This document shows, one piece after another, positions 7,296-16,400 of a stretch of DNA of 64,000 nt (positions within the stretch are counted from its first letter, which is position 1; every line of letters starts with the position of its first letter). The notes under the pieces are model-generated. The model was not told the DNA's origin and searched no databases. It saw only the letters and a list, made by a program, of their open reading frames with translations. The DNA is from Vulcanimicrobiaceae bacterium (GTDB lineage Bacteria; Verrucomicrobiota; Verrucomicrobiia; Limisphaerales; Palsa-1400). Position numbers and translations under genes: made by a program. The DNA lies in the NCBI GenBank assembly GCA_035511075.1, contig DATKFW010000034.1, positions 45,839-109,838 of the forward strand. The letters run 5' to 3'.

Positions 7296-9896
7296 TCATG
7301 CCAGGGTCACGCGAAGCTGTTGGCCTTTGGCAAGGTGAAGATCCGAAACGAACGTAATCAAGACGCGGCCATCTTCAATGCGCTTGCGGACACGCAGCTT
7401 CTTGCCGTCCAACTGCGCGTGAACCGAGGTTGGCGCGGCCGTCGCGGAAAGGGCCAAAGTTTTAAGGCGCAGTGTGCCCCACTTGATTTCGACGGTCGCC
7501 GTTTTGTTCCGCCCGGTTATCTTCTGCGTGAATGTGCCCCAGCCTTCGGCGCTGGTGAATGCGGCCCGGAAATCGTGCGGATTTACCCGTGGATCGAACG
7601 CAAGATAACCCTTCGGGCCATGATACTCGAAGCCGCACGCGGCAATAAACACTCCATAACTGGCCATTGAGCGGGCGTAATGATCGCCGCATTCGACTTC
7701 GTTCCACGGATTGCGCCGCGAGGCGTGGTAACGATCATGCACCGCCCGCGCGACAGCCAGCCCTTCCATCGTCAGCCCCTCCCAAATCATGTGCCCGGCG
7801 GCCTGATACTCGAAGCCGTTCATGCACTCGTTGAAATAGCCCGCCGCCCACTCCGGGCCTTTGCCCCTGGCCTGCGCGTAATCCCAGTCGCGCCGCGGAA
7901 ATGTGCACATCAGCAAACCCGCCTCCCCCGCCAGCGCGTACCATCGTCCCGGCTTATAATTTTCGCGATACGGGCCCACGTCCGGTGAAAAATTGTAGCG
8001 CCAAAGCGATTGGAGCGCAGATACTGTTTCCTTGCGCGGGAGGATGCGCGGCAGGCCGACTTGAAAGGCCCAGCTTTGTCCGAACACCTGGTCAATCTCG
8101 CAGCCCGTTCCCGAATTGATCGCGTCGAGGTGTTTTGGGTCAACTTTGTCGATGAAATACTCGCCATCGAACAGTTGTCCGACGAGATTCTTCCGGCCCG
8201 TCTCAAGAATTCCCCGGCATTGAAGCGCGAACTCCGCGTCGCCGGCTTCATCGGCCATTTCCGCCGCCGCCGCCAGGGCCGCCAGATACAGCCCGCTCAA
8301 CCACGCGACGGCCCCGAACCAATCAGTGTCAAGCGTATTGTGCTGATTGCCCTTGATGAGGCCGTCGCCGTCGCCGTCCTTGGCGATGAGCCATTGCGTG
8401 GCTCGCTTGATCCCGGGCCAGGTGCGTTCGAGAAATCCCGCGTCTGGCGCCATCTGATGTTCCCGCAACGCGCGCAAGATGGTCCCGGATTGTGCGTCCA
8501 CGGCAGGGATGTTGTTGAACTCGCCCCGAAAATGAATCGCGCCATCGGGCTGAAGGGCGATTCCGAAATCAATTTTCTCGCGTGTCGTGCGTTCCAGGTC
8601 GGGAAAAAGCCGCGCCGTCGCGTGGGCGTACTGATAAACGTGCCCGCAGGTCCCCTCGCAACAGCCGACACCCTCCCAACCGTAAAAACGCTCATTCGCA
8701 AAACGAAAGCAGGTCGAGGTGGCAAGTATTGAAGCGTTGAGAAACGAGCGGTCCAGGAACCAAAACGGCAGCGTCGAATCATACCAGGTATCGCGCCACA
8801 ACCGCGTGCCGCCCGCCAGCCGGTCGAACTGCTCCGCCACATACTGCGCGACGCCGTGCGCCGAAGAAAACCGGGTGGCGTAATAACGCCCCGCTTTCTT
8901 CAACGGCCCGCCCAGCGAGAGATTCGGAAAATACCACGCCAGCACGAATGTGACCAAAACCGGTTGCCCCGGCGCAAGCGTGAGTTTGCGGCCAAGCGCG
9001 CCGGACAATTTCCCGGTGAACGGCGCGGTCTCGTCGGCGCCGGCCTGGTCCGCACTGGCCCGCTCCGCGGGTTCGCCGAGCAACGCCAGGGCCATCGTGC
9101 CAAAATCCGGCAGTTCTTCCAGCGGCGCCGTCGGGCGACTCGCGGCCTTTTCCGCGGAGCAGAGCAAAGTTGTCAGGCCGACCTCACGCACGACACGATT
9201 GCGCAACAGCCCGTCCTCCGAGCGGTTGTTCAGGCATACGCCATTTTCCAACTGACCGGAGAGCGTCGCCTCGACCGGCAAGGCGGAGGTGTTGCGCAGC
9301 GTGAATTGGAGAATCGTCGCGGGCAAACTGGAGTCGTCGGTGTTCAGGGGGATGAACGGCGAAAACGCTTCCAGCTTTACGGCCACCGGCACGCCGGCGT
9401 CGGCGTATTCCACCGTGCCAATCGGATATTCTCCGCGAAAAGCAACCTCGGAAAACCCGGCGCCATCGAGCGTGCGGGTATCCGGCCCGATCGTCAGTGT
9501 GAATTGTTGCTGCAATGGCGAAGCCGGAGTCAGCGGCCTGGCATAATGCTCCGACCCGGTTTGGATGGACTGATTGAAAATGTCCCAATGCCAAAGGCGC
9601 CCGTCGCCACCCAGATAAAGCTGCCCTGCCCCGATGCCGCCGACCGGCATTCCGATAAATTTGAGGTCGCTGCCGCGCAAAATCTCCGGTGTGCCGCGTT
9701 CGAAAAGGGATTTCACCCATTCAGGCCGCAGCTTCTTGTCGGCCGGCACGAGATGTTCGAAGTCCGCCCGGGTGAACGGCCCGGCCATCACGGGCAGGCG
9801 TGAAAACGCCAGACCCAACGTCGTTGCCGCCGAGATTTTAAGAAACTCCCTGCGATCCCAATGAGCCTTCGTGCTTCTATTGTTCATGCTCCGCAT
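7296..9896 (-). CDS. GH116-family glycoside hydrolase (GBA2-like beta-glucosidase/glucosylceramidase) with twin-arginine leader
   Basis: 866 aa. WDRREFLKISAATTLGLAF TAT leader. GMPVGGIGAGQLYLGGDGRLWHWDIFNQ is the GH116 N-terminal signature. The alternative ATG at 9887 forms an ATGA overlap with the upstream stop. Confidence 0.85.
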   Translation of the reverse strand: MRSMNNRSTKAHWDRREFLKISAATTLGLAFSRLPVMAGPFTRADFEHLVPADKKLRPEWVKSLFERGTPEILRGSDLKFIGMPVGGIGAGQLYLGGDGRLWHWDIFNQSIQTGSEHYARPLTPASPLQQQFTLTIGPDTRTLDGAGFSEVAFRGEYPIGTVEYADAGVPVAVKLEAFSPFIPLNTDDSSLPATILQFTLRNTSALPVEATLSGQLENGVCLNNRSEDGLLRNRVVREVGLTTLLCSAEKAASRPTAPLEELPDFGTMALALLGEPAERASADQAGADETAPFTGKLSGALGRKLTLAPGQPVLVTFVLAWYFPNLSLGGPLKKAGRYYATRFSSAHGVAQYVAEQFDRLAGGTRLWRDTWYDSTLPFWFLDRSFLNASILATSTCFRFANERFYGWEGVGCCEGTCGHVYQYAHATARLFPDLERTTREKIDFGIALQPDGAIHFRGEFNNIPAVDAQSGTILRALREHQMAPDAGFLERTWPGIKRATQWLIAKDGDGDGLIKGNQHNTLDTDWFGAVAWLSGLYLAALAAAAEMADEAGDAEFALQCRGILETGRKNLVGQLFDGEYFIDKVDPKHLDAINSGTGCEIDQVFGQSWAFQVGLPRILPRKETVSALQSLWRYNFSPDVGPYRENYKPGRWYALAGEAGLLMCTFPRRDWDYAQARGKGPEWAAGYFNECMNGFEYQAAGHMIWEGLTMEGLAVARAVHDRYHASRRNPWNEVECGDHYARSMASYGVFIAACGFEYHGPKGYLAFDPRVNPHDFRAAFTSAEGWGTFTQKITGRNKTATVEIKWGTLRLKTLALSATAAPTSVHAQLDGKKLRVRKRIEDGRVLITFVSDLHLAKGQQLRVTLA

Positions 9897-10594
9897 TGTC
9901 GACGCCCCGCGCCGTAAAGAAAGTAGTGGTCAGTCTGGCGAATATCGAAATGCCAGCCAAGGTCGCGCAATCGCCCGGTCAGGTCAGCGGGATCGTAGAA
10001 GATTTTGCAAACCTCGAACGTCCGCCCGTCATTGAGTCGGCGGCGCGCCACGGTTGCGGCCGGCTCCGGCAACTGGTGGTCAACGGCTGTCGAAGTCCGC
10101 TCGCGCCGGGAATCCACGAAGAACACGCGCCCGCCGGGAGCAAGGCACGAATGGACAAGCCGCCAAAACGCGGCGAACCGTTCCGGCGGAACATGAGACA
10201 GCCAGAAGCCGAAGAACACAGTGTCGAACTGCTCGTTCGGCTGCCACGCGAAGATGTCGGCCTCCACATAGTCAACAAGCGGTGAACCAAGGCGGGCGGC
10301 GTTGATGCCAAGCATCTCAGGCGAGCCGTCGAGCGCGGTCAGGTGAGAGGCGAATGCCAGCAGCTTCTCGCTCCAGATACCGGTACCGCAGGCCAACTCC
10401 AGGACGCGCCCCGCCGGACGGAATGCGGACAGTGCCGATGAAACCATCGCGCCCTCCGCAAACCATTGGGCATTGAGAGCCGGGCCCCGGTCGTAGCGCC
10501 CCTGTCGCCACCACCACTGGTCATATTCGCCGACTCGTGCCCGGTAGTACTCAAGCTGCTGCCGCAGAGTCGTGGAGCTTTCTGTCGCTGTCAT
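9884..10594 (-). CDS. Class I SAM-dependent methyltransferase
   Basis: 236 aa with motif I VLELACGTGIWSEKL and post-I/II pattern FDTVFFGFWLSHV. Confidence 0.85.
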   Translation of the reverse strand: MTATESSTTLRQQLEYYRARVGEYDQWWWRQGRYDRGPALNAQWFAEGAMVSSALSAFRPAGRVLELACGTGIWSEKLLAFASHLTALDGSPEMLGINAARLGSPLVDYVEADIFAWQPNEQFDTVFFGFWLSHVPPERFAAFWRLVHSCLAPGGRVFFVDSRRERTSTAVDHQLPEPAATVARRRLNDGRTFEVCKIFYDPADLTGRLRDLGWHFDIRQTDHYFLYGAGRRQCGA

Positions 10595-10731
10595 CGCGTG
10601 ATAGGTTTAGATAAGCCCTTTTGCGGTTGAGTTGCAATACCGCTGAAGTCACCGGCCATAAAATATGTTGGACACACTCACGGCTTCGTGATAACCCATC
10701 ACCAATGGAAGCGTCCTTGATCCGAACACAC

Positions 10732-10902
10732 ATGAAAAAGCTCGTCGCAATACTTCTTCTGGCTGCGGTTTCGTGGGCTTTGGCCGGTACTCCGGCGCAA
10801 GCCGCCGAGGTCAATTCATCCGCCATGACTCTGGCCCACAAGCACCATCACCACAAGAAACAGAAACACCACACAAAGGCCAGGAAGCACGTCACGGCAT
10901 AA
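10732..10902 (+). CDS. Small secreted His/Lys-rich peptide (hypothetical)
   Basis: Internal ATG of track ORF 10621..10902 gives MKKLVAILLLAAVSWALAGTPAQA (signal-peptide-like), then AEVNSSAMTLAHKHHHHKKQKHHTKARKHVTA. It is followed by its own terminator. Confidence 0.45.
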   Translation: MKKLVAILLLAAVSWALAGTPAQAAEVNSSAMTLAHKHHHHKKQKHHTKARKHVTA

Positions 10903-10943
10903 TCGCCTGGCGCCTTTAGAGGTCGCTCCGCATTTGCTTTAAG

Positions 10944-10976
10944 AAAGCCCCGCTTGCCAGGCTGCGGGGCTTTTTG
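10944..10976 (+). terminator. Intrinsic terminator
   Basis: AAAGCCCCGC ttgccaggct GCGGGGCTTT followed by TTG: a GC-rich 10-bp stem plus T tract, 40 nt after the small ORF stop. Confidence 0.7.
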
Positions 10977-10992
10977 TCCACTTGCTCTGAAT

Positions 10993-12192
10993 ATGAAAAA
11001 AGCATTCGACTCCATTGAATCTGTCATTGCCGATGTCCGCAAAGGCAGGATGGTCGTGGCCGTCGATGACGCCGACCGTGAAAACGAGGGCGATCTCATC
11101 ATGGCCGCCGAATGTGTCACCCCCGCCGCGGTCAATTTCATGGCCAGGCACGGGCGCGGGTTGATTTGTGTTCCGACCAGCTACGAGCGCTTGAAGCAGC
11201 TCGGCATCGAACAAATGGTCGTTCAAAACACCGAGAATTTCCGCACCGATTTCCACGTCAGCGTCGATGCCGCTCGCGGCATCTCCACGGGCATCAGCGC
11301 CGCCGACCGCGCCCTGACCATCAAAATCATGGCCGACCCGACCGCTGTGCCCGAAGACCTCGTGCAACCGGGCCATGTCTTTCCACTCCGCGCCAAAGCC
11401 GGCGGCGTCCTGCAACGAGCCGGGCATACCGAAGCCGCGGTCGATCTCGCCAAATTGGCCGGGCGGCGGGGCATTGGCATCGTTTGCGAGATCATGAGCG
11501 ATGACGGTTCGATGGCCCGCCTGCCGGAACTGAAGCGCTTCGCCTCCAAACACAAATTGAAGCTTTGCACCATCGCCGACCTGATCCATTACCGCCGAAC
11601 CCGCGAAAAACTCGTCGAGCGCATCGAAGTGGTGAAAATGCCCACGGCCTACGGCGACTTTGATCTCTATCTTTACCGCTCGAAGCTCGACGGCCAGCAT
11701 CACCTCGCGCTCGTAAAGGGCGAAGTGGCGGGGAAGGACAATGTCCTGGTGCGCGTCCACAGCGAATGCTTGACAGGCGACGTTTTTGGCTCGCGCCGCT
11801 GCGATTGCGGGCCGCAATTGCACCAGGCGATGCGCCTGATCGCCGCCGAGGGGCGCGGTGTCCTGGTTTACATGCGGCAGGAGGGACGCGGCATCGGGCT
11901 GCCTTCCAAGATCAAGGCTTACAAATTGCAGGAACGCGGCTACGACACCGTCGAAGCCAATCTGAAGCTTGGCTTTGGCATGGACCTTCGCGAATACGGC
12001 CTCGGAGCGCAAATCCTGGTCGATCTGGGTCTGAAAACCATTTCATTATTGACAAACAATCCGCGAAAGGTCGTCGGACTCGAGGGCTACGGTCTTGAAA
12101 TCATCGAGCAACTCCCGATTAAAATCCGCCCCAATCCGCACAACGAGAAGTATCTGGAAACCAAACGCAAGAAGTTGGGCCATTTGCTGTGA
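10993..12192 (+). CDS. ribBA: Bifunctional 3,4-dihydroxy-2-butanone-4-phosphate synthase / GTP cyclohydrolase II
   Basis: MKKAFDSIESVIADVRKGRMVVAVDDADRENEGDLIMAAE (RibB) and VRVHSECLTGDVFGSRRCDCGPQL (RibA zinc site). Start taken at the in-frame ATG 10993 rather than 10954, which overlaps the terminator. Confidence 0.95.
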   Translation: MKKAFDSIESVIADVRKGRMVVAVDDADRENEGDLIMAAECVTPAAVNFMARHGRGLICVPTSYERLKQLGIEQMVVQNTENFRTDFHVSVDAARGISTGISAADRALTIKIMADPTAVPEDLVQPGHVFPLRAKAGGVLQRAGHTEAAVDLAKLAGRRGIGIVCEIMSDDGSMARLPELKRFASKHKLKLCTIADLIHYRRTREKLVERIEVVKMPTAYGDFDLYLYRSKLDGQHHLALVKGEVAGKDNVLVRVHSECLTGDVFGSRRCDCGPQLHQAMRLIAAEGRGVLVYMRQEGRGIGLPSKIKAYKLQERGYDTVEANLKLGFGMDLREYGLGAQILVDLGLKTISLLTNNPRKVVGLEGYGLEIIEQLPIKIRPNPHNEKYLETKRKKLGHLL

Positions 12193-12403
12193 TAGCGCCG
12201 ACGACGAGAGCCGCCTGCCGCCTCAATATTCGTGATGATTCAGAAAGATGCGAAATCCGGAAAATGCTTGACAATCAGAGTGGGGGACGATCTGTGAGGA
12301 CTCCTGATAAATAGTATTGTCACTTCCGAGTCGGGCGCCTTCAACCACTCCATACGCAAGAAATACTCCCCCTATCCCTGCTCCGGATATCGTGTTTGCT
12401 GAT

Positions 12404-12757
12404 TTAATTCCAATGCGCCCTTAGCCACACGACACCAAGCAGCACCAGACTCGCTGCGACAAAAACATATGCCAGCCAATAAATGCGTCGATGCGTTCGA
12501 TCTAGATGCGTCGGACCGATACTCCAAAACCGGCGCTGCTTGTAAAGAGGCAGCCGGGCGACAAAAAGCATGACAATACTTATTACGCCCACCCCCAATC
12601 CGACACCATAGAGCGCACGCAAGTCCCCAGCCTTCAGTCGTAAGACAAGTGGAATCAAGATGCTCGCCAACAACCCGATTACGAGAGGCACGCCGGACAT
12701 GCCCAAAAGGCACAGCCAGTCCCGAGGAACATACCAATCCGAGTCCCGCTTGTTCAC
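12404..12757 (-). CDS. Hypothetical small membrane protein (about 3 TM segments); start uncertain
   Basis: Hydrophobic spans GVPLVIGLLASILIPLVL, LYGVGLGVGVISIVMLFVA and IYWLAYVFVAASLVLLGVVWL. Candidate starts are GTG 12757 or ATG 12700. The track start at 12880 reads antisense through a BrnT relic. Confidence 0.4.
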   Translation of the reverse strand: MNKRDSDWYVPRDWLCLLGMSGVPLVIGLLASILIPLVLRLKAGDLRALYGVGLGVGVISIVMLFVARLPLYKQRRFWSIGPTHLDRTHRRIYWLAYVFVAASLVLLGVVWLRAHWN

Positions 12758-12789
12758 GGAACAAATGTTATCACCGACAGCACCCAGAA

Positions 12790-12993
12790 TCAAGCTTCCG
12801 GCATGGAGTCGGCTTTGAGGAAGCGGCGATCGTGTTTGGCGATGTTCTTTCGCTGACGATCTCTGACCCTGCGCACTCACAATTGGAAAACCGATGGATT
12901 TCGGTCCGACAGTCGCACCAGAGAAAATTGCTCGTTGTCGTACATACTGAAAGGGGCGATAATGTCCGCATTGTCAGCGCTCGGCGGGCGAGC
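12790..12993 (+). pseudogene. BrnT (DUF497) toxin relic with no start codon, a degenerate N-terminus and no brnA partner
   Basis: Part of track ORF 12649..13167: HGVGFEEAAIVFGDVLSLTISDPAHSQLENRWISVRQSHQRKLLVVVHTERGDNVRIVSARRAS. This matches the DUF497 pattern KHGVsFEEA..vF.D......D..HS..E.R....G......lLvVVhTERGd.iRIISAR.A. The FEWD..K N-terminus and the C-terminal tail are missing. Confidence 0.6.
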
Positions 12994-13382
12994 ACCTCCA
13001 GCGCATCGTTAATGCACAGCAACTGCGTGTCATCTACGTCGGCGGCAACCTCCAGAGAGTCCAAATCAACGCGTTCGGAGCCGGACCCACGTTTCTGCGC
13101 GTTCTTGCGGCGCGCGTTGTCAATCAGGATGCGGCGCATCGCCTCCGCTGCGGCGGCGAAGAAGTGAGCGCGACAGTCCCATTTATTATTTTCGCCGCCA
13201 GCCAGTCGCAGCCATGCCTCGTGAACCAGCGCAGTGGGCTGAAGCGTCTGCCCCGCGGCCTCGTGCGCCATCTTTTGCGCCGCGAGTCTGCGCAGTTCGT
13301 CATAGACGAGCGGTAGCAATTCCTCGGCGGCCTTAGAGTCGCCCTGATCCACCCGCGACAAAATGTGCGTGAACTCTGTCAC
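12984..13382 (-). pseudogene. Truncated ECF sigma factor paralogue (region 2 retained, region 4 HTH lost)
   Basis: The first ~133 aa of track ORF 12771..13382 align with the intact sigma at 16912..17484 (LLPLVYDELRRLAAQKMAHEAAGQTLQPTALVHEAWLRLAG...FFAAAAEAMRRILIDNARRKN...INDALEVLAR). After LAR the similarity stops and the frame reads antisense through the BrnT relic. Confidence 0.7.
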
Positions 13383-13463
13383 TTTTCCAGAATAAGGACG
13401 CGGAGGCTGAGGACAACACTAATTCTGATTATCAAGCAGCCTGTTGCTTTGCGACGCCGGAAA

Positions 13464-16400
13464 TCATTTTACGATAGTTGCTTCTTCTGCCTGCCACTTG
13501 GCGGCCTGGTCTTTGCTTGCGGCCTGCCACACTTTGGCTGTTTTATCAAAACCGCCCGTGACAATCCTCTGGCCATCCGGGGAAAAAGCCGCGGACAAAA
13601 CTCCGGCATCGTGCCCATGGAGAGTGAGGAGTTCCTTGCCACTGGCCGCATCCCACACCTTGGCCGTTTTATCACCGCCGGCGGTAACAATCCGCTGGCC
13701 GTCCGGGGAAAAGGCGGCAGAATGAACCGGGCCGCCGTGCCCACGGAGAGTGAGGAGTTCTTTGCCGGTGGCCGCATCCCATACCTTGGCCGTTGCATCT
13801 CCACTGGCCGTGACAATCCGGAGCGCGTCGGGGGAGAAGGCCACAGAGTTAAGCTGGTCGCCATGCCCCTTGAGGGTGAGGAGTTCCTTGCCGCTGGCCA
13901 CCTCCCATACCGTGACCGTCTTGTCGATACTGCCCGTGACAAGCCGCTGGCCATCCGGGGAAAAGGCGAACGCGTTAACCAGATTGCTGTTTAAGTTAAA
14001 GGTGGAGAGTTCCTTGCCGCTGGATGCATCCCAGAACGTGGCCGTCGTGTTCGTGCCGGCCGTGAAAATCCGCTGGCCGTCCGGGGAAAAGTCCACACCG
14101 CAAACCAAGCCGCTGCGCCCCTTGAGGGTAAGGAGTTCCTTGCCGCTGGCTGCGTCCCACACCTTGGCCGTGTTGTCCTCGCTGGTCGCGATTCGTCGGC
14201 CGTCCGGTGAAAAGGCCCCAGCCAAACCCTTGAGAGTGAAGAGTTCTTTGCTGGTGGCCGCATCCCATACCTTGGCCGTCTTGTCGCTACTGCCCGTGAG
14301 AATCCGCTGGCCATCCGAGGAAAAAGCCACGCTGTAAACCAAGCCGCTGTGTCCCTTGAGGGTGGGCAGCTCCGTGCCGCTGGCCGCGTCCCACACTTTG
14401 GCCGTGTGATCCCAACTGCACGTGACAACCCGCTGGCCGTCTGGGGAGAAGGCCACACCACTGACCAAGCCGCCATGCCCCTTGAGAGTGAGGAGTTCCT
14501 TGCCGCTGGCCGCATCCCACACTTTGGCCGTGTTATCAAAACTGCCGGTGACAATCCGCTTGCTGTCCTGGGAAAAGGCGACTGACCAAACCTCGCCGTC
14601 ATGGCCTTTGAGAGTGAGCAGTTCCTTGCCGCTGGCCGCATCCCACACTTTGGATGTTTTATCCCGACTGCCGGTGACAATCCGCTGGCCGTCCGGAGAA
14701 AAAGCCATGGAGAAAATCCCGCCGCCGTGCCCCTTGAGGGTGAGCAACTCCTTGCCGCTGGCGGTCTCCCACACCTTGGCCGTGTTATCGTCACCATCCG
14801 TGGCAATCCTCTGGCCGTCCGGGGAAAAAGCGGCACATTGACCCGCGCCGCCATGCCCTTTGAGAGTGAGGAGTTCCTCGCCGCTGGCGGCATCCCACAC
14901 CTTGGCCGTGTTATCAAAGCTGCCCGTGACAATCCGCTGGCCGTCCGGGGAAAAGGCCACAGACCAAACCCCAGCACCGTGCCCCTTGAGAGTGAGGAGT
15001 TCCTTGCCACTGGCCGCATCCCACACCTTGGCCGTGGTATCTTCACTTCCCGTCGCGATGCGCTGGCCGTCCGGGGAAAAGGCCACGGACTCAACGGCAG
15101 TGCCGTTCCAGCCAACCCCGAGTCCATGCCCTTTGAGAGTGAGGAGTTCCTTGCCGCTGGCCGTGTCCCACACCTTAGCCGTGTTATCCCGGCTGCCCGT
15201 GACAATCCGCCGTCCGTCTGGGGAGAAGGCCACTGAAGTTACTGAATCCAGATGGCCGCGCAAGGTGGCCAAGGCCAGATGCGTTTGCCGCTCCCAATAA
15301 TACCATTCAAAACCGCGCCTCGGAAACCCTTTGGTTTCCTCAAGCAGTTCCCGCACTCGGTCAACAGCGCCTTGATCCCACGCCTGGCCAGCCAAATTCA
15401 TATCGGCGATGTAGAGGAGGTGATCTGCCTCAGCTTTCTCTGCTTCCGCCTTTTCTTTGCTGGCCTGCGCCGCTTTTCGCTGGCTCGCTTCGGCTATGGT
15501 GGCTTGCAATGCCTTGTCTCGCTCCACGCGAGTTTGACTCCAGCCCAGCGCAGCCAAGGCCAGTCCAGACACCAGTGCGACGACTACTGCCACGCCAGCG
15601 CCGAATGCCAGTTTGTTTCGATGGAACGCTTTCTGGAAGCGATAAGCAGCGCTAGGCGGGCGGGCGGTGATGGGTTCGTTTTCCAAGTGGCGCTTGAGGT
15701 CCGCCGCGAGGCCGTTGGCGGTTTCGTAGCGGCGGGTGCGGTCTTTTTCCAACGCTTTCATGACGATCCAGTCGAGGTCGCCACGCACCATGTTGACCAG
15801 ACCAAGCGATTCGACTTTCCGATGTTTCGCGATCTCCGTCAAATCGGGGCCCTGCATCGTGCTCAAGCACGTTGAGGGTCGCGCCGGTTCCTGTTCGCGA
15901 ATGGTGCGGCGGATTTCGTCGAGGCCGGCTTGCAACAATTCTTTGGCGTTGAAAGGAGTTTGGCCGGTAAGTAATTCGTAGAGCAAGACGCCCAGGCTGT
16001 AGATGTCGCTACGGGTGTCGATATCGAGCGCGCTCATCTCCGCTTGTTCGGGACTCATGTAAGCTGGCGTCCCGATAAACTGTTCGAAGGCGGTGAAAAG
16101 AGTCTGGTCGGTCAATTTGCCAGACGTCGCTTTGGCGATGCCAAAATCGATCACCTTTGGAACCGGCACGCCGTCGTGCATGGTGACAAGGATGTTGGAG
16201 GGCTTGATATCGCGATGGATGATGCCTTTTTGGTGCGCGTGTTGAATGGCGCGGCAAACTTGAATGAAAAGATCGACGCGTTCGCGGGTGGAGAGGTTGT
16301 TCTGGTCGCAGTAGTCGGTGATTTTGATGCCGCGCACCAGTTCCATGACGAAGTAGGGGCGGCCTGTGTCTGTGGCTCCGGCGTCGAGGACTTTGGCGAT

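Noticed and set aside
10903-10992. Looked for an FMN riboswitch upstream of ribBA (and in 17900..18521 upstream of ribH)
   Set aside because: None of the conserved FMN-element segments could be found. The ribBA leader is only 90 nt and is occupied by the terminator of the preceding small gene.
10939-12012. 357-aa minus-strand ORF
   Set aside because: It is antisense to ribBA, whose identity is unambiguous.
13365-15300. Cluster of long ORFs in five other frames across the WD40 array (for example 13991..15205 minus, 404 aa; 14601..15236 plus, 211 aa)
   Set aside because: They are periodic translations of the same 126-bp repeat in the wrong frames or strand (repeating PRCGMRPAARNSSLS-type strings). 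They exist only because the repeat unit lacks stops in those frames. The array is also not a CRISPR, because there are no unique spacers between units.
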